A program made the position numbers and the translations under genes. The notes under the pieces were generated by a model. That model searched no databases and was not told the origin of the DNA. It was given only the letters and a program-made list of their open reading frames with translations. Source: Phoronis australis (taxonomy: Eukaryota; Animalia; Phoronida). From it: DNA of 64,000 nt. Positions 52,706 through 64,000 of this stretch are shown one piece after another (the first letter of the stretch is position 1; every line of letters begins with the position of its first letter). The stretch spans positions 419,974 through 483,973 of the forward strand of contig NMRA01000241.1 in NCBI GenBank assembly GCA_002633005.1, written 5' to 3'.

Positions 52706-53758
52706 ATAATGTCTTTCAATGTGTAGCAGACACTGTGGCCTAATGAGGTATCCCGTCCAAGAATTGAATCAGCAGATTTACTGAAAACATGTTAAGTGTT
52801 CCCATTGACCATTGAGAGCCAGTGGGAAAGGAACACTTAGAGACACAACAGTGGCCTTAATCAAACCTTGTTGTTTGACCCAAAGCACAGGTTTAGTACC
52901 ACTTCAACAGGCATTATGAAGCGAAGGGGTATATTTGGGGGAGGGGATATATTGGGGGGCATGTAGTGATGAGCAGGCGTTCATTGAATAAAGTCCAGTA
53001 GAATATAATGTGAATTTTTCAAGTCCATTTAAGTTGTGTAAGTGTTGCTCAGTAATACTAGGTCTATGGTCTCTGTTGAATGGTTTACATTGTAAGGCTG
53101 AACAAATGGACATGAGCAGACTTTTGTTTGCTTTGCTTTTTCATTGCCTTTCCATAGTTGAATATAGTGGTTGTGTAAGGTATGGCCTGCCACGTGACTC
53201 AGCATTCTCTGAGCTGTTTGTGTGCTTTAGTGCTGGGGTACTTGCAGCTTGTTGAGCTCTTCAGATCAATACTGAGTTTGGGTCGTAGATGTGCTATTAG
53301 TTTATAACTAGAATACAATTGGGCTTATCGCTAAGAAGCTGATAAATGTGCAGTTAGTAGGTACTGCCTACACACAGTCTGTGAAGAGCTTCCCAAGGCG
53401 TGTTAGCATTTGGGGAGATTTAGAAGGATTTTTAGACATCAGGTGATGGAAAGCAAACATGAAATGACTGTGTGTTGATATCTCATGTCCATTGGTTTGT
53501 GTTTGGGATTATCAGTTGACAAAGCATTATCCATCACTGACGTAACCATGTTGGTGGTGCCAGTGTGACCGCTTAGTTATCTACATGACCGCCGTAGTCT
53601 CTTTCTGGGAATACGATCTCTTTCGGACATAGCCGAGTGATTGCAGAGCTGATATACCTCCAGCGGATGTAATGTAGTGAGACACTACTGGAGCTGCGTA
53701 TTAATCTACTTATTTATTAGTGACTGTCTTTCAAGGAAATAGCACATTAAGAGGGGTC

Positions 53759-53810
53759 ATGAGTAAGTCTTCCCTGGTTCAAGTTGCCCCTGTCAATGGG
53801 GTTGTCAAAG
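53759..53810 (+). CDS. ABCB1: ABCB1-like transporter, candidate alternative first coding exon B (MSKSSLVQVAPVNGVVK)
   Basis: GTCATG start, 17 codons + 1 nt, strong donor AAG|GTAAGA in phase 1, in frame with the exon at 56464. Confidence 0.55.
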
Positions 53811-55294
53811 GTAAGAGAGGACATCCTTTAAGTGCATGTGTCCTATATTTTGATCTCGTGGTTGTGTGTCAGTACATTCAGAGACCTATGTTGTCACTAG
53901 ACATAAGTTGTAGCTACAGGAATGTTGTAGTCTTAGTTTAGTTACTAGTTGTCATTGCTATACCTTTCCAATTCATCCTAATTAGTACCTAGCTGAACCA
54001 TTGCTTCAAACGAGATTTTTGACAGCACTGCTACCTGCTGATTTCTAACTTTTGCCTGTGCTGAGTTACCAAATGATCCTTTCACAGGGTTATAACCGTA
54101 CTCTAGTAAACAGTTCTAAAGTGTTCAGATCGAGAGCTATACATTTTAATCAGTTATGTTACCCCTTTGCTGTGAACAAGCAATAAATTTTTCAAGTGCC
54201 TTACCAGTGGCGGATTTAAGTGGGGGCCAAGGGGGCCATGCCCCCCCCCCCAAAAATTCTCCCAGATTCCATTTGGCAAATCGGATATGCAAATGTCTGA
54301 CGGGCAAAATCCTGGCTAATACGTACTTTGGGGCTAATGGCAGGAAGAAGTGGTTTTCAAATAATCAGTGTGCACAACTTCAAAATAATTGGTGTCCCAT
54401 GAGCTTGGAACATAAATTGTGTGACAAATCAGTAATTCTACATTATCTGAAATACCATCAGAGTGTGTGTTAGGGTAATGTAAATTGTGACAATTAGACC
54501 TTACAGACACACTGCTAGCTAAAAAGTCCGCAGGTTTGCAGCTTAAAGTTTCAGGTAACATAATGCACTGCATTTTCTACTGATGAACTACTTTTCAGGA
54601 ATCAGTTTTGTTCGTTTGTACTCGTGCCGTTCGCTTTCGGTATTTGTGAATGTTCATTGTTGTCAGGAGTGGTCTGTGACCCATGGAACTGAATAGGCCA
54701 GGATGTATGTAATGATAATGATAATGATTATAGAAATTGTGAAATTATACATTACACCAATTGGTTATTGATCATGTGATAAGTAGTTCTAGTTTATTAG
54801 CAAAGTATTTGCTATGGATACTGCTCTATAGATTGGCGCCATAATGTGATTGTGCAATTCTGTCTAAAGCAAGCTCCATGGTGACTCAGGGGGTGGCTTT
54901 GTGTGTGTGTGTTATGTGTGTGCCCGTTGGTCTGGTGATTTGATCCTTTTAGCAAACAACTACTCCTGGTGACATTGCCATAGTATGAGCTCATGTATAC
55001 CTAAGTATTGAATATTCTTGGAGCATTAGTGTTTTTTTATGCAACTTGAGACAAATTGAACAATATAGTCAATGCCTCAGTCTGTCATGTACAGTAACAT
55101 GACATGTTGTGTTGAAAGGTTACTGCATTCTGTACCTTGACAATCTTGCAATGGTGCCAATCCACCTGATAACAGTCCAGCTCCTAGTGATAAATTGTGA
55201 GATAATTACAACACTGTGTTCTATATATAACTTGATACTATGACCCATCTACCTCCAGGCTATCCAAAGCAGTTGTAAATATTTGATTGACTAA

Positions 55295-55497
55295 GGCCAA
55301 AGCAATGCTATAATCGTTTCTGATCTGTGTTGTTTTTCAAAATTGATGCACTTTATTTATAGTTGTCTACGGTATATTTTCAAAATACAGAATTCCCTAA
55401 TGCCAGTTGAAATGAGCACTGAACCGTCTTTGTTTTTCCACTGAGTACCACCTGATGCCAACTTTGTAATGTGCATACCATTTTGTTATTTTTGGCC
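55295..55497. mobile_element. Small GGCCAAA-ended MITE
   Basis: TAA-GGCCAAA ... TTTGGCC-TAA. Confidence 0.5.
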
Positions 55498-56463
55498 TAA
55501 CAGTGTCTAACAGTGTTTTTCAATTCCAGGAAGGAAATCTGACACTGGCACTAGATCTTCAGATTGTCAATGATCTAACACAGCCAATCTATACATTTCC
55601 TTCTTATTTTCCTATTTTCTGCAAAGTTATCTCCTTCTCCATTTCTTTAGCTGATCTAGTTATGAGTTCTCACCACGGTGTCATATTACTGGTCTTAATA
55701 TTGGGCTGATCAAATTATGATTTTGAATAATTGGGATAGTTTAAGGTTTTTTACTCAGGCGCTGGTATTGACGTGATTTGAAAAAGTAGAAGTTGTTGTT
55801 GATGTCTCTTATTTCCAGTAGAGCACCAGCAGTGTACACATTTTGAAAAGGCTATGAGGTAAATTCTCACGAATTCAGAACACAGAGCGGAGAAGACAGT
55901 CTTCCTGTCTGATAGACTGTAGGGACATTTTCTCGTCTTTTTTTCCCCTAGCTGAAGTTCTTTCTCATGCTCTGCAATTTTTACTTGGGAATACAACATG
56001 TTTTTTCATTAAAGGAGGGACAGTGTCGACAAGAAAAGTAATTTTCAGAAATATTTAGTTGCGTGGAATTGAACACACTAGCTCTGAAGTGGCAACTGAA
56101 TGCTCTGCTGCTGAGCCAAATCCCATGTGTTAAATGTCAGAGTATTTAAACTGTAAGTACACCACTCTCGATTTCTGCCACTGTCTAGCAGGCAACAGTA
56201 AGAATTAGCAATTTTCAATAAAATCACAACAGATTCTGTTGTTATGTAGCTCTGGTCAAGGCTAATATATACCTTTGTGACAGCCTTATATAGCTAGCTA
56301 TAGTCGTACAATATTACAATGAATTCACGTGTTAGAAACCTTTGAAAATGTGAAGGTTTTCGAATATGTTTTGCTCGAAATTTGATTGAATTGCAAAGTA
56401 CCAATTTAGCAGGGCGAAAGTGTCACTATAATGGTAAGGTTACTATGAATATGTTCTACACAG

Positions 56464-56508
56464 ATGGCCAAGATAACCCTGCATTCCATGACGATGCACA
56501 GTCCAAAG
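56464..56508 (+). CDS. ABCB1: ABCB1-like transporter, 45-nt microexon (DGQDNPAFHDDAQSK)
   Basis: TTCTACACAG acceptor, AAG|GTTTGT donor, phase 1-1, open frame with DNPAF motif. Confidence 0.65.
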
Positions 56509-56570
56509 GTTTGTCACTCTCGAGTGCTGTTCTTTCTCTCATGTTTCGCGCAGACTGTACTTTTCTTCTA

Positions 56571-57397
56571 AAGCTGTATCTAGATGGACACTTAGACTAG
56601 TGTAAGCTAGTGCAAGTTGCACCCTGTCAGTAGTGTGTGCAGACAACATCCTGTAGCGTCAAGGAAGTTCAGCGCGGTGTAAATCAAATAAGTAGTGTTA
56701 AGTAAGTGCAGTGCGGTGTAAATCACATAAGTAGTGTCAAGGTGGTACAGCGCGGTGTAAATCGCATAAGTAGTGTCAAGGTAGTGCAGCGCGGTGTAAA
56801 TCACATAAGTAGTGTCAAGGTAGTGCAGCGCGGTGTAAATCACATAAGTAGTATCAAGGTAGTGAGCGTGGTTTAAATCACATAAGTAAGGTCAAGGTAG
56901 TGCAGCGCAGTGTAAATCACATAAGTAGTGTCAAGGAAGTGCAGCGCAGTGTAAATCTCTTTGCACACCTCATACGTTAAGTACTATCGGATACACAACT
57001 CCTAAAATGGCGCGTGTTCCAGAAATCAACGGTTTGCAATATTTCGCTGAGTTTTTTTTGTTACTTTATTTTGTTGATTGCAAGCTTGTAATGTAACGAA
57101 AGTGAAAAATTAATTCAGCGTGGGTTTTTGAAAATGGCACAAAAATTAGTGATTCATCGCTGGAATAAATTCAGTTGCCCAAGCGCATAGCCAATTACTT
57201 CTACTTTGTCCCAGTTTGTCATCCACACAGGCATGTGAAGTGGGGCAAGTTGCGCTACCTCGAGGAGGTGGGGTAAGTTGGTACACCCGTGCCAAGTTGC
57301 ACTAGATTTTTTAACCTTTGTCCACACTGTCTCATAAACTAGTGCAAGTTTAACCTGGCCAACTTGCACTAGTTTAGTGCCCATCTGGACTCAGCCT
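56571..57397. mobile_element. Degenerate Harbinger-like MITE enclosing a minisatellite
   Basis: AAGCTGTATCTAGATGGACACT.AGACTAGTG versus reverse complement of the right end AGGCTGAGTCCAGATGGGCACTAAACTAGTG. Confidence 0.55.
56652..56956. repeat. 39-bp minisatellite, ~8 copies
   Basis: GTGTAAATCACATAAGTAGTGTCAAGGTAGTGCAGCGCG. Confidence 0.93.
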
Positions 57398-59973
57398 TCG
57401 GAGACTTTGACTGCGCAAAAATCAGCTGTCCTTTTTGTTTCCACACTTTAGTGGCAGCTCTGTTCTTTGTGCTTTCATTCTGTGCTTTCTCCATGTTTTC
57501 AAGACACTACTACTAGGCTAAAGTTTCTACTCTGGTGTTGGCTATACTACTAGGCTATAGTTTATGCACTGGTGTTGGTGCTTTTTATAACTTCAAAAAT
57601 AGTGAACATGTTGCTCTAATTACGTTGAGGCAAATTCTGTTTTTCTACCCAATGATTTCTCCACTTCTTCATCATGGGCGGCGCACCATAGGGGCCTGGG
57701 GGGGGGCTATAGCCTCCCCACTTTTTTCAGTGCTCCGGCGTCCATGTTCTTGTCTTCATGCGTTGACTTGTTTCATCAACGGGCAATCTGGGTTTTTGAA
57801 ACACATGTGAAAGCATTATGATCTTCTGAATAAACTAATTTCTAACATCTCTAATAATTTGCTTTCAGACCATAATTCAGAGAGTTTCACATTTTATTAC
57901 ATCTAACTTATCATGACGTCACATGACACTCCTACATATGCTATGTGTGGTATTTATTCACACACTGTTGTGTCTGTGATTTTCTCAGTTACTAGGGGAA
58001 TATTTAATTACAGTATAATACCTAATGACTAATGACTGCTTTGTGTGTGTTTGCTGTGTTCTAAGTACCTAGTAATTGTTTGTTCTTGCTGATTATGTAA
58101 AGGAAATGTGTGAGTCCTTCACCTATGGGGTACTCCCTTTGAAGCCATGTGGTTTGTCAGATGTGCCACTGTGCAGAGTAACCTTTTCGTGCCTTGTTAC
58201 TCTGTGGGTGCTTTTTATGACAAAATTGTCTACAATAAGGTTCACTTGGGAGTTTAGAGTACAAAACGCTCCCTTTTTCATCTGATTCTACAGAAGAGTT
58301 TTTCGTGTCTATATTTTAAAACTTTGGTTTCAAAAGATATATTCATTTTTAACAACATGGCATCTCTTCTTGTACACTTTTAAGCTCACTAGATTGAGAA
58401 TTTAACTGTTCGAGAATCTCTATGGTTAGGTTAATGGAATGTTCCCCTTAAATTTGTTTTTAGCAAGGTGTTAAGTCTTTGAAAAACTGAAATGCTTAAT
58501 GTCAATTTTAGCATTAACAATCTTGTAATTTAAAGCAACTTTATATCCGTCTTTCGTTGCTAAAAATTACTTTTGATTGAAAGCACTTGCTGAACATTAA
58601 GAAATTGATCTCAAATTGTTCTTGAGTCAAATTGGATGTGGTTTCTGAGCTTGCGATTGGTTGAGACCTGAGGTGGAACAAGTTGGCGTGTCATTTATAT
58701 GCCAAGCATGATCTAGAGTACACGTAGTCTACCTGAATATTGGACGGACGTAAATATCGTACGTGTTAACAAAATAATACCTGAAGGATCGTGTGAGAAA
58801 TAAAGTACATCAATTTCTATACTGCCGCAATCCATTCAATGTCGGGCACCGTCTTGTTTTTTATAGCTTTGCCTCGTTTTGATTTCACTGAGAGAGGGTG
58901 CAATTTAGACCCCCAAGTCAGTCCAAAAGGGAGGGTCACATTAAACAGATAAAAAGTTGAATTCAAAATCTTTTTCCGCAGTGAAATTGTCTCAATGAAC
59001 TGACAGACTGCACTGTTTCATTTTATCATTTGTTTTTAAACTCAAGTCAAATCCTGGCTGTGCATGTGCATGTGTCATATCAGGAAGGCAAAGAGCTACT
59101 AAAAACTGCTGTGGGATTGCACGTGCATTAGGTGTCTGAACTGATTCAGCGCTGTCATTAGATTTACATTTTATGGATAATTTGTTTTGAACAGAGTTGT
59201 ATTCGAACAGCAAATATATCAAAACAGTTACAAGCTGCAATTTGACAACATTAGGTGCCTGCGGCCATTACATGGTTGGTCAGTTTTCCACGGTGTGGCG
59301 TATGCGGAAACATGAGGTCCGGTATTTAGGTTCTCCGGGGGTTTACTAGTTGTGTCTTTCAAAGATCAGTTAGAACGTAAATATGGCTTGAGGTGAAAAG
59401 TTTTAGTAAAAACAATTTCGTAAAAGCAAGTCTTTACTTCAGAATTGGCAACAACCCGCTGTATTTCCAATTGAATATAATGCAACATGTGCCGAAACGT
59501 TCGATTTTTAGGTCGCTTGACGGTAATACCAAACAGTTTTTCCAAGCTCAGAAGACAGTAATAAACGCATATGATGGGCATTTTGAGTACCAGTTTTCTC
59601 CTTACGCCCATCAAACTGATTCTCAAAATTTTGGCACATTCTATCCAACTTTTGCCCAGAACCCACATCTCATCTGAGTTACAAACAAGTCCAAAGTTTA
59701 AATATGAAACAACAGAGGATAGATTTGAGTTGATGTAAATTTATTACAAAAGAGCTCAATTCTGTACAGCTCTTCGACAGTATTTAGCTGAAAATATAAC
59801 AGACAGGCTGTAAATTCAACCATTTTTAATAAGGGCATTTTTATCTTTTTCTTTGCTTACGGTATATTTAACTTCATCTTTTTCTGTTGGTGGCTGTCGT
59901 TTTGTTGTCAAAGTATTTTTAGGTTCATATGATTTTAATTAAGTTTCTTTTTGTTCTGCTACAGTTGTATCTA

Positions 59974-62154
59974 CCGTAAACATTCGGGTTAACGCCCTGG
60001 GCGGTTAAATTGGCAAACCTAAAAAATCGGGGGTGGGTGGTTAACCAAACATGCTTAAACGTAAAATTTCAGGAAATCCAGGGTGGGCGGTTAACCGAAC
60101 ATGGGCGCTTATTATGAGAGACAACCTCGTGATCTAAGTCCCCTCACGACAGACGTACTCGGAACGCGTAGCACAAAGCACTTTATCGTCACATCGCTGA
60201 AGGACGGTAAAAACTTCATAACAGCGGATGATCCCAACAAAGGTTCTGTTGCCCTCAGATTAGTCATTCACAATTAAATTTAAAAAATTGCTGAGTAATA
60301 GACCCGTGCCATCTTGTGGTCTTGTTAGCTTTTTAGAACTGTATTGCGCAGACGACCAGTGACCACGCAGTGCTCCACTTGGATTGCAAGCGGTGACACT
60401 GCAAAAGAGTGCGAGCGTGCAAGCTTCACGTGTTGCAGAGGTCAGAGCTGACATCAAGGTTACAGTCCCATGCTAGCTTTCAAGTTCAGAGTCAGACGCA
60501 GTTTTAAAATTAGTTGTAATAAAGTCTGAAAAACTAATTCAGGTGTTTTTTCAAACCACGGCGATGTTTCAATTCATTGTTAAACGACCACCTTACCCAA
60601 CTTTGTGGGGGAAAACACATTTATTTTACATGCAAGATGTCCAGATTATATCCTATTATAATTTCACCTACACTATCGCACTGCGTCACTGGTCGGTCCC
60701 GCTGTTTGTGCGCAATGTCCCGGCAGGCAATCTTGACTTGGAAAGGCCGTCAAGTAATATAACCGCTTCTTTCAATATGCGTCTCGTTTTTAATGGCCAA
60801 GATAGCGGCAGGATTCAGCACACACGTAGGGCCTACGTATGAGTAACCTGTCAATCATGTGTTGGTGTCAAGGTAACATGCACTCAGTGTGGGAACTTAA
60901 GCGCGTGCACTAGTACAAAGTTACACATCAAAAGAGAACAGCGACAATCCTAAGTAAAAGAAACCGGCGTGACGCTGTACTTTTAAGCTGTTGTTAGGAA
61001 AGACCCAGTGCTTTACGATATTCCTCCGTTCCAGTGTCCCCCAAAACTGCGGTGTCAAGTCTACTTCGATATTTTGTGGCTCGATGTTCCCTAGGCCTGA
61101 GTGTGCCATGCCGGTAGCTAGCTGCGCTCACTTCCTACTAACTATCGCCAATTTTCAGTCAGTCTGCGTTGTAGATATTTCAGGCTCGAATGGATTTTGT
61201 TCAGGATGAAACTGGCCAATGTAGAAACAAAATTATTCTGGATGGCTAAAAAGGGAATATAGAAGCGATAATTCCGACTGCACAGTCAGGCGGGCGTTGA
61301 CGCTGGAAATCATAGAAAAGAACAGCCAGCAACACTAGTTAAATCTGCTAATGCCAGTTTGACTGAGATGGAATAAGCGAAAAACAAAATGACAAGTTTT
61401 TATTACTTCAAGGTGATACACAAATATACAGTAACGTATTGCCAACCTTTGAACTCAGAAATCAAGAGGCAGCAAATCGGTAACACAGTGAGCCACACTG
61501 TCCCTTTGGTTGCCACACATCCTCGATAACCTGGCAGTAACATTCATCAAAATAGGGAGAATTTGACATCTTTCCGGGAGTTATGGGAATTAATTCTTCA
61601 AAATACGAGAGCTTCCCACCTAAATAGAATTTGGAGGGTTGGCAAAACCATTGTCGCATTTCTCTGGCCCGATTATTTCGAATATATGTTTTATCTAGTG
61701 CACTGCAGACGGAAATTCATCTCGGCAAACAGCGTCGCTGAAAGCGGAGGTATTGACGCCGGCGGGGTTTGCAAACATGGGAAGAAAATAAAATGACAAA
61801 AACGTTCAAGTATTATATTTTGAAGCAAGTCCATGACCGGGACAATAATTTGTTACTTGTATTGTAATTCACATTGCCAAACTGCCGTCCCGGAGGCCCA
61901 GCGTCGTTACGCTGGTTGTGATCAACATCTGTGTCTAAAAGTCTGGATTCCCTGTCTTTTAACACTGGGTGCTAAATCTTCAATCTTAAAAAGTCGGGGA
62001 TAGGGCGCTTAACCGAGAGGTGGGCGCTTAACTGGAAATCTTCAAAAATCACATAGGGGCGGTTAACCGAGCAGTGGGCAGTTAAATCGAAAATCCACCT
62101 AAAGTAGGGGATGGGCGGTTAAGTGAACAGGGGCGTTAACCCGAACGTTTACGG
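59974..62154 (+). mobile_element. Family D Tc1/mariner-type element, copy 2
   Basis: TA-CCGTAAACATTCGGGTTAACGCCC ... GGGCGTTAACCCGAACGTTTACGG-TA; colinear with 48921-50687 apart from indels. Confidence 0.92.
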
Positions 62155-62227
62155 TATGTATTTTCTTTTCAGCGTGCTTTGAACTTTATTAGTTGCTTGT
62201 TCACTGTCATGCCTACATCTCTTTCAG

Positions 62228-62275
62228 AAAGTGTCCCTCCATCGTATAATGAAGCAACTGCCCACAGTAACCATG
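62228..62275 (+). CDS. ABCB1: ABCB1-like transporter, 48-nt microexon (ESVPPSYNEATAHSNH)
   Basis: TCTCTTTCAG acceptor, ATG|GTAACG donor, phase 1-1, PPSY motif. Confidence 0.72.
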
Positions 62276-62588
62276 GTAACGTAGCAGCGTGTGTTTCAGA
62301 ATTGGTCTTTCATTATTCAAACAGCAGCCATTTTAGGACGGTTTCAGTACAGTGTTACACACAAACCTGTGTTTGAAAAACCTGCTTTCATCTAGCAGGG
62401 AGCCCAATCATTGTATCAGAATGGAAATGAAAATTGTGTGTTTCTATCTTACCTGATTGAAGATGTACACATATAGAAATTGCTGCTGTCCTACCATGAA
62501 ATCAAGTCAACAGTCTATAGTTACATATTGCCCATGGCCTCTAAAGTGGAACATGTTGATGTTTAATTTAGAATTTGTTTATTGATAG

Positions 62589-62731
62589 ATGGCCAGACTG
62601 GACCAGCAGGGGAGACAACCATCAATGGTCATACCATTGAGTTGGATGGTGTCTCAGAGGGGAAGACAGGTGATAAGAAAGATGAGGAAAAGAAAGATGA
62701 GGTGGTCAACATGGTCGGTTTCTTTGCCATT
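62589..62731 (+). CDS. ABCB1: ABCB1-like transporter exon (DGQTGPAG...KKDEEKKDEVVNMVGFFAI)
   Basis: AG acceptor, ATT|GTAAGT donor, phase 1-0; charged stretch plus VGFF joins FRFA to give the typical P-gp elbow-helix motif. Confidence 0.88.
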
Positions 62732-63229
62732 GTAAGTTAAAAGGGCTTCGGGCAACACTACCACTTCTAACTGTGGTAATATCTCACTAATTTTGGACAA
62801 AAAATTGCCAAATTTGCACCTTTTTTATTTTTGGCTTGTAACATTCTTTTCAATGGCCACAGTTTTTTGTTGTCTGGTGGTAGATGTGATACAAAAGTTG
62901 AGCGTGGTAAAACACAAATTTGCTGCTAGATGTCTTTTATGGAAAAAATTAGAAAATAAAGATTCGCTGTTCGGCCATATTGTGTAGTACATGTTAGATG
63001 AATCCACGGTACTAATATGCAAATGACATATCTAATGGCAGTTACAACAACGTTTGGTAAAGTTACCACTATTCGTAATAAAAGAATCACTTCTGAAAAT
63101 GGAAAAATGACAATTTTGACAATTATTTTTGTTATTAAGTGAAGAGTCACCGTAATGATTAAGTTGTGATGATTATAGTGTTAACTTGTGAACTGTTCAA
63201 TAAGTAATTGTCATTGGTGTTGGTTACAG

Positions 63230-63438
63230 TTTCGGTTCGCTGACTGCTTGGACATCGTCTTCATGATCCTTGGCACTCTGGGGGGTATTGCTCACGGCGC
63301 TGGCCTACCCTGTATGATGATCATCTTTGGAGACATGACAGACAGCTTCATTGATGATGGCCGCTTTGATGCCATTTTGAAGTCGATGAACCTCAGCTCA
63401 ATGAGGAACTCGTTCGTAGCTAACCCCAGTTCATTTCA
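63230..63438 (+). CDS. ABCB1: ABCB1/MDR1 P-glycoprotein-like transporter, TM1 exon (gene continues beyond the window)
   Basis: [40 protein letters not shown] matches the conserved ABCB1 TM1 pattern FRY...DK..M..GT..AI.HGA.LP.MM..FG.MTD.F; TTACAG acceptor, CA|GTAAGT donor. Confidence 0.95.
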
Positions 63439-63491
63439 GTAAGTCACTTGTTGGGTTGCAGTTAAGTCAGTAGAGTTTGAGCCAAGATAGT

Positions 63492-63907
63492 ATGTCCGTT
63501 AGCAGGTAGTGAGACAAAGCTGAGTTTGAGCTAGATACATGTCTGTTAACATGTAGTGAGACAAAGCTGAGTTTGAGCTAGGTTACATGTCCGTTAGCAC
63601 GTAGTGAGACAAAGCTGAGTTTGAGCTAGGTTACATGTCCGTTAGCACGTAGTGAGACAAAGCTAAGTTTGAGCTAGATTGCATATATGTTAGCACGTAG
63701 TGAGACAAAGCTGAGTTTGAGCTAGATTGCATGTCCGTTAGCACGTAGTGAGACAAAGCTGAGCTTGAGCTAGATTGCATATATGTTAGCACGTAGTGAG
63801 ACAAAGCTGAGTTTGAGCTAGATTGCATATATGTTAGCACGTAGTGAGACAAAGCTGAGTTTGAGCTAGATTACATGTCCGTTAGCACGTAGTGAGACAA
63901 AGCTGAA
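63492..63907. repeat. 48-bp intronic minisatellite, ~8-9 copies
   Basis: GTCCGTTAGCACGTAGTGAGACAAAGCTGAGTTTGAGCTAGATTGCAT. Confidence 0.95.
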
Positions 63908-64000
63908 TTTCAAAGCGCAATGGTAGAGAGCATATCTGCATAAAAACAATTGTGTCTTTGGACTGGTATACTTCAAGTTAATGTAATCATCACATTGTCT

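Noticed and set aside
51027-53001. Old Tigger-like TIR pair enclosing the LTR remnant
   Set aside because: Only about 18/26 identity between the putative ends; cannot be distinguished from two unrelated fragments
15715-54600. CTGATGA occurrences as hammerhead ribozyme cores
   Set aside because: In the instances inspected I saw no properly placed GAAA and flanking helices
63188-63229. N-terminal part of track ORF 63188-63442 as a start
   Set aside because: Intronic read-through; ABCB1 similarity begins exactly after the AG at 63229
2433-63907. Regular 23-51 bp arrays as CRISPR or repeat-protein genes
   Set aside because: Units are head-to-tail with no unique spacers, there are no cas genes and the context is eukaryotic; periodic ORFs only reflect unit lengths divisible by 3

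Overview
AT-rich, repeat-dense eukaryotic DNA, most likely from an invertebrate animal (lophotrochozoan-like transposon families; the taxon cannot be fixed from the sequence alone). It has an assembly gap at 1984-2432 and no prokaryotic operons or CRISPR array. Almost all ORFs in the supplied track are spurious. The one supportable host gene is the 5' part of an ABCB1/P-glycoprotein-type ABC transporter on the + strand. I reconstructed it by hand from splice sites and reading phase: two candidate alternative first coding exons (43791-43833, 53759-53810), two symmetric phase-1 microexons (45 and 48 nt) carrying NPAF and PPSY motifs, a 143-nt exon, and the first transmembrane exon (63230-63438). 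The gene runs off the right edge. The rest of the window is mostly DNA transposons, many with readable TIRs and target-site duplications: Tc1/mariner/Tigger-type non-autonomous elements, a pogo transposase pseudogene nested three levels deep, two clear Kolobok elements (one with a KolX/P2X7-C-terminal-like remnant, one with ~310-bp TIRs that both contain the THAP start codon), hAT, PIF/Harbinger and Merlin-like MITEs, a Mag-clade Ty3/Gypsy remnant, a tRNA-derived head and several minisatellites. I found no clear evidence of a wholly new system. The best leads are the modular ABCB1 N-terminus and the two Kolobok elements.
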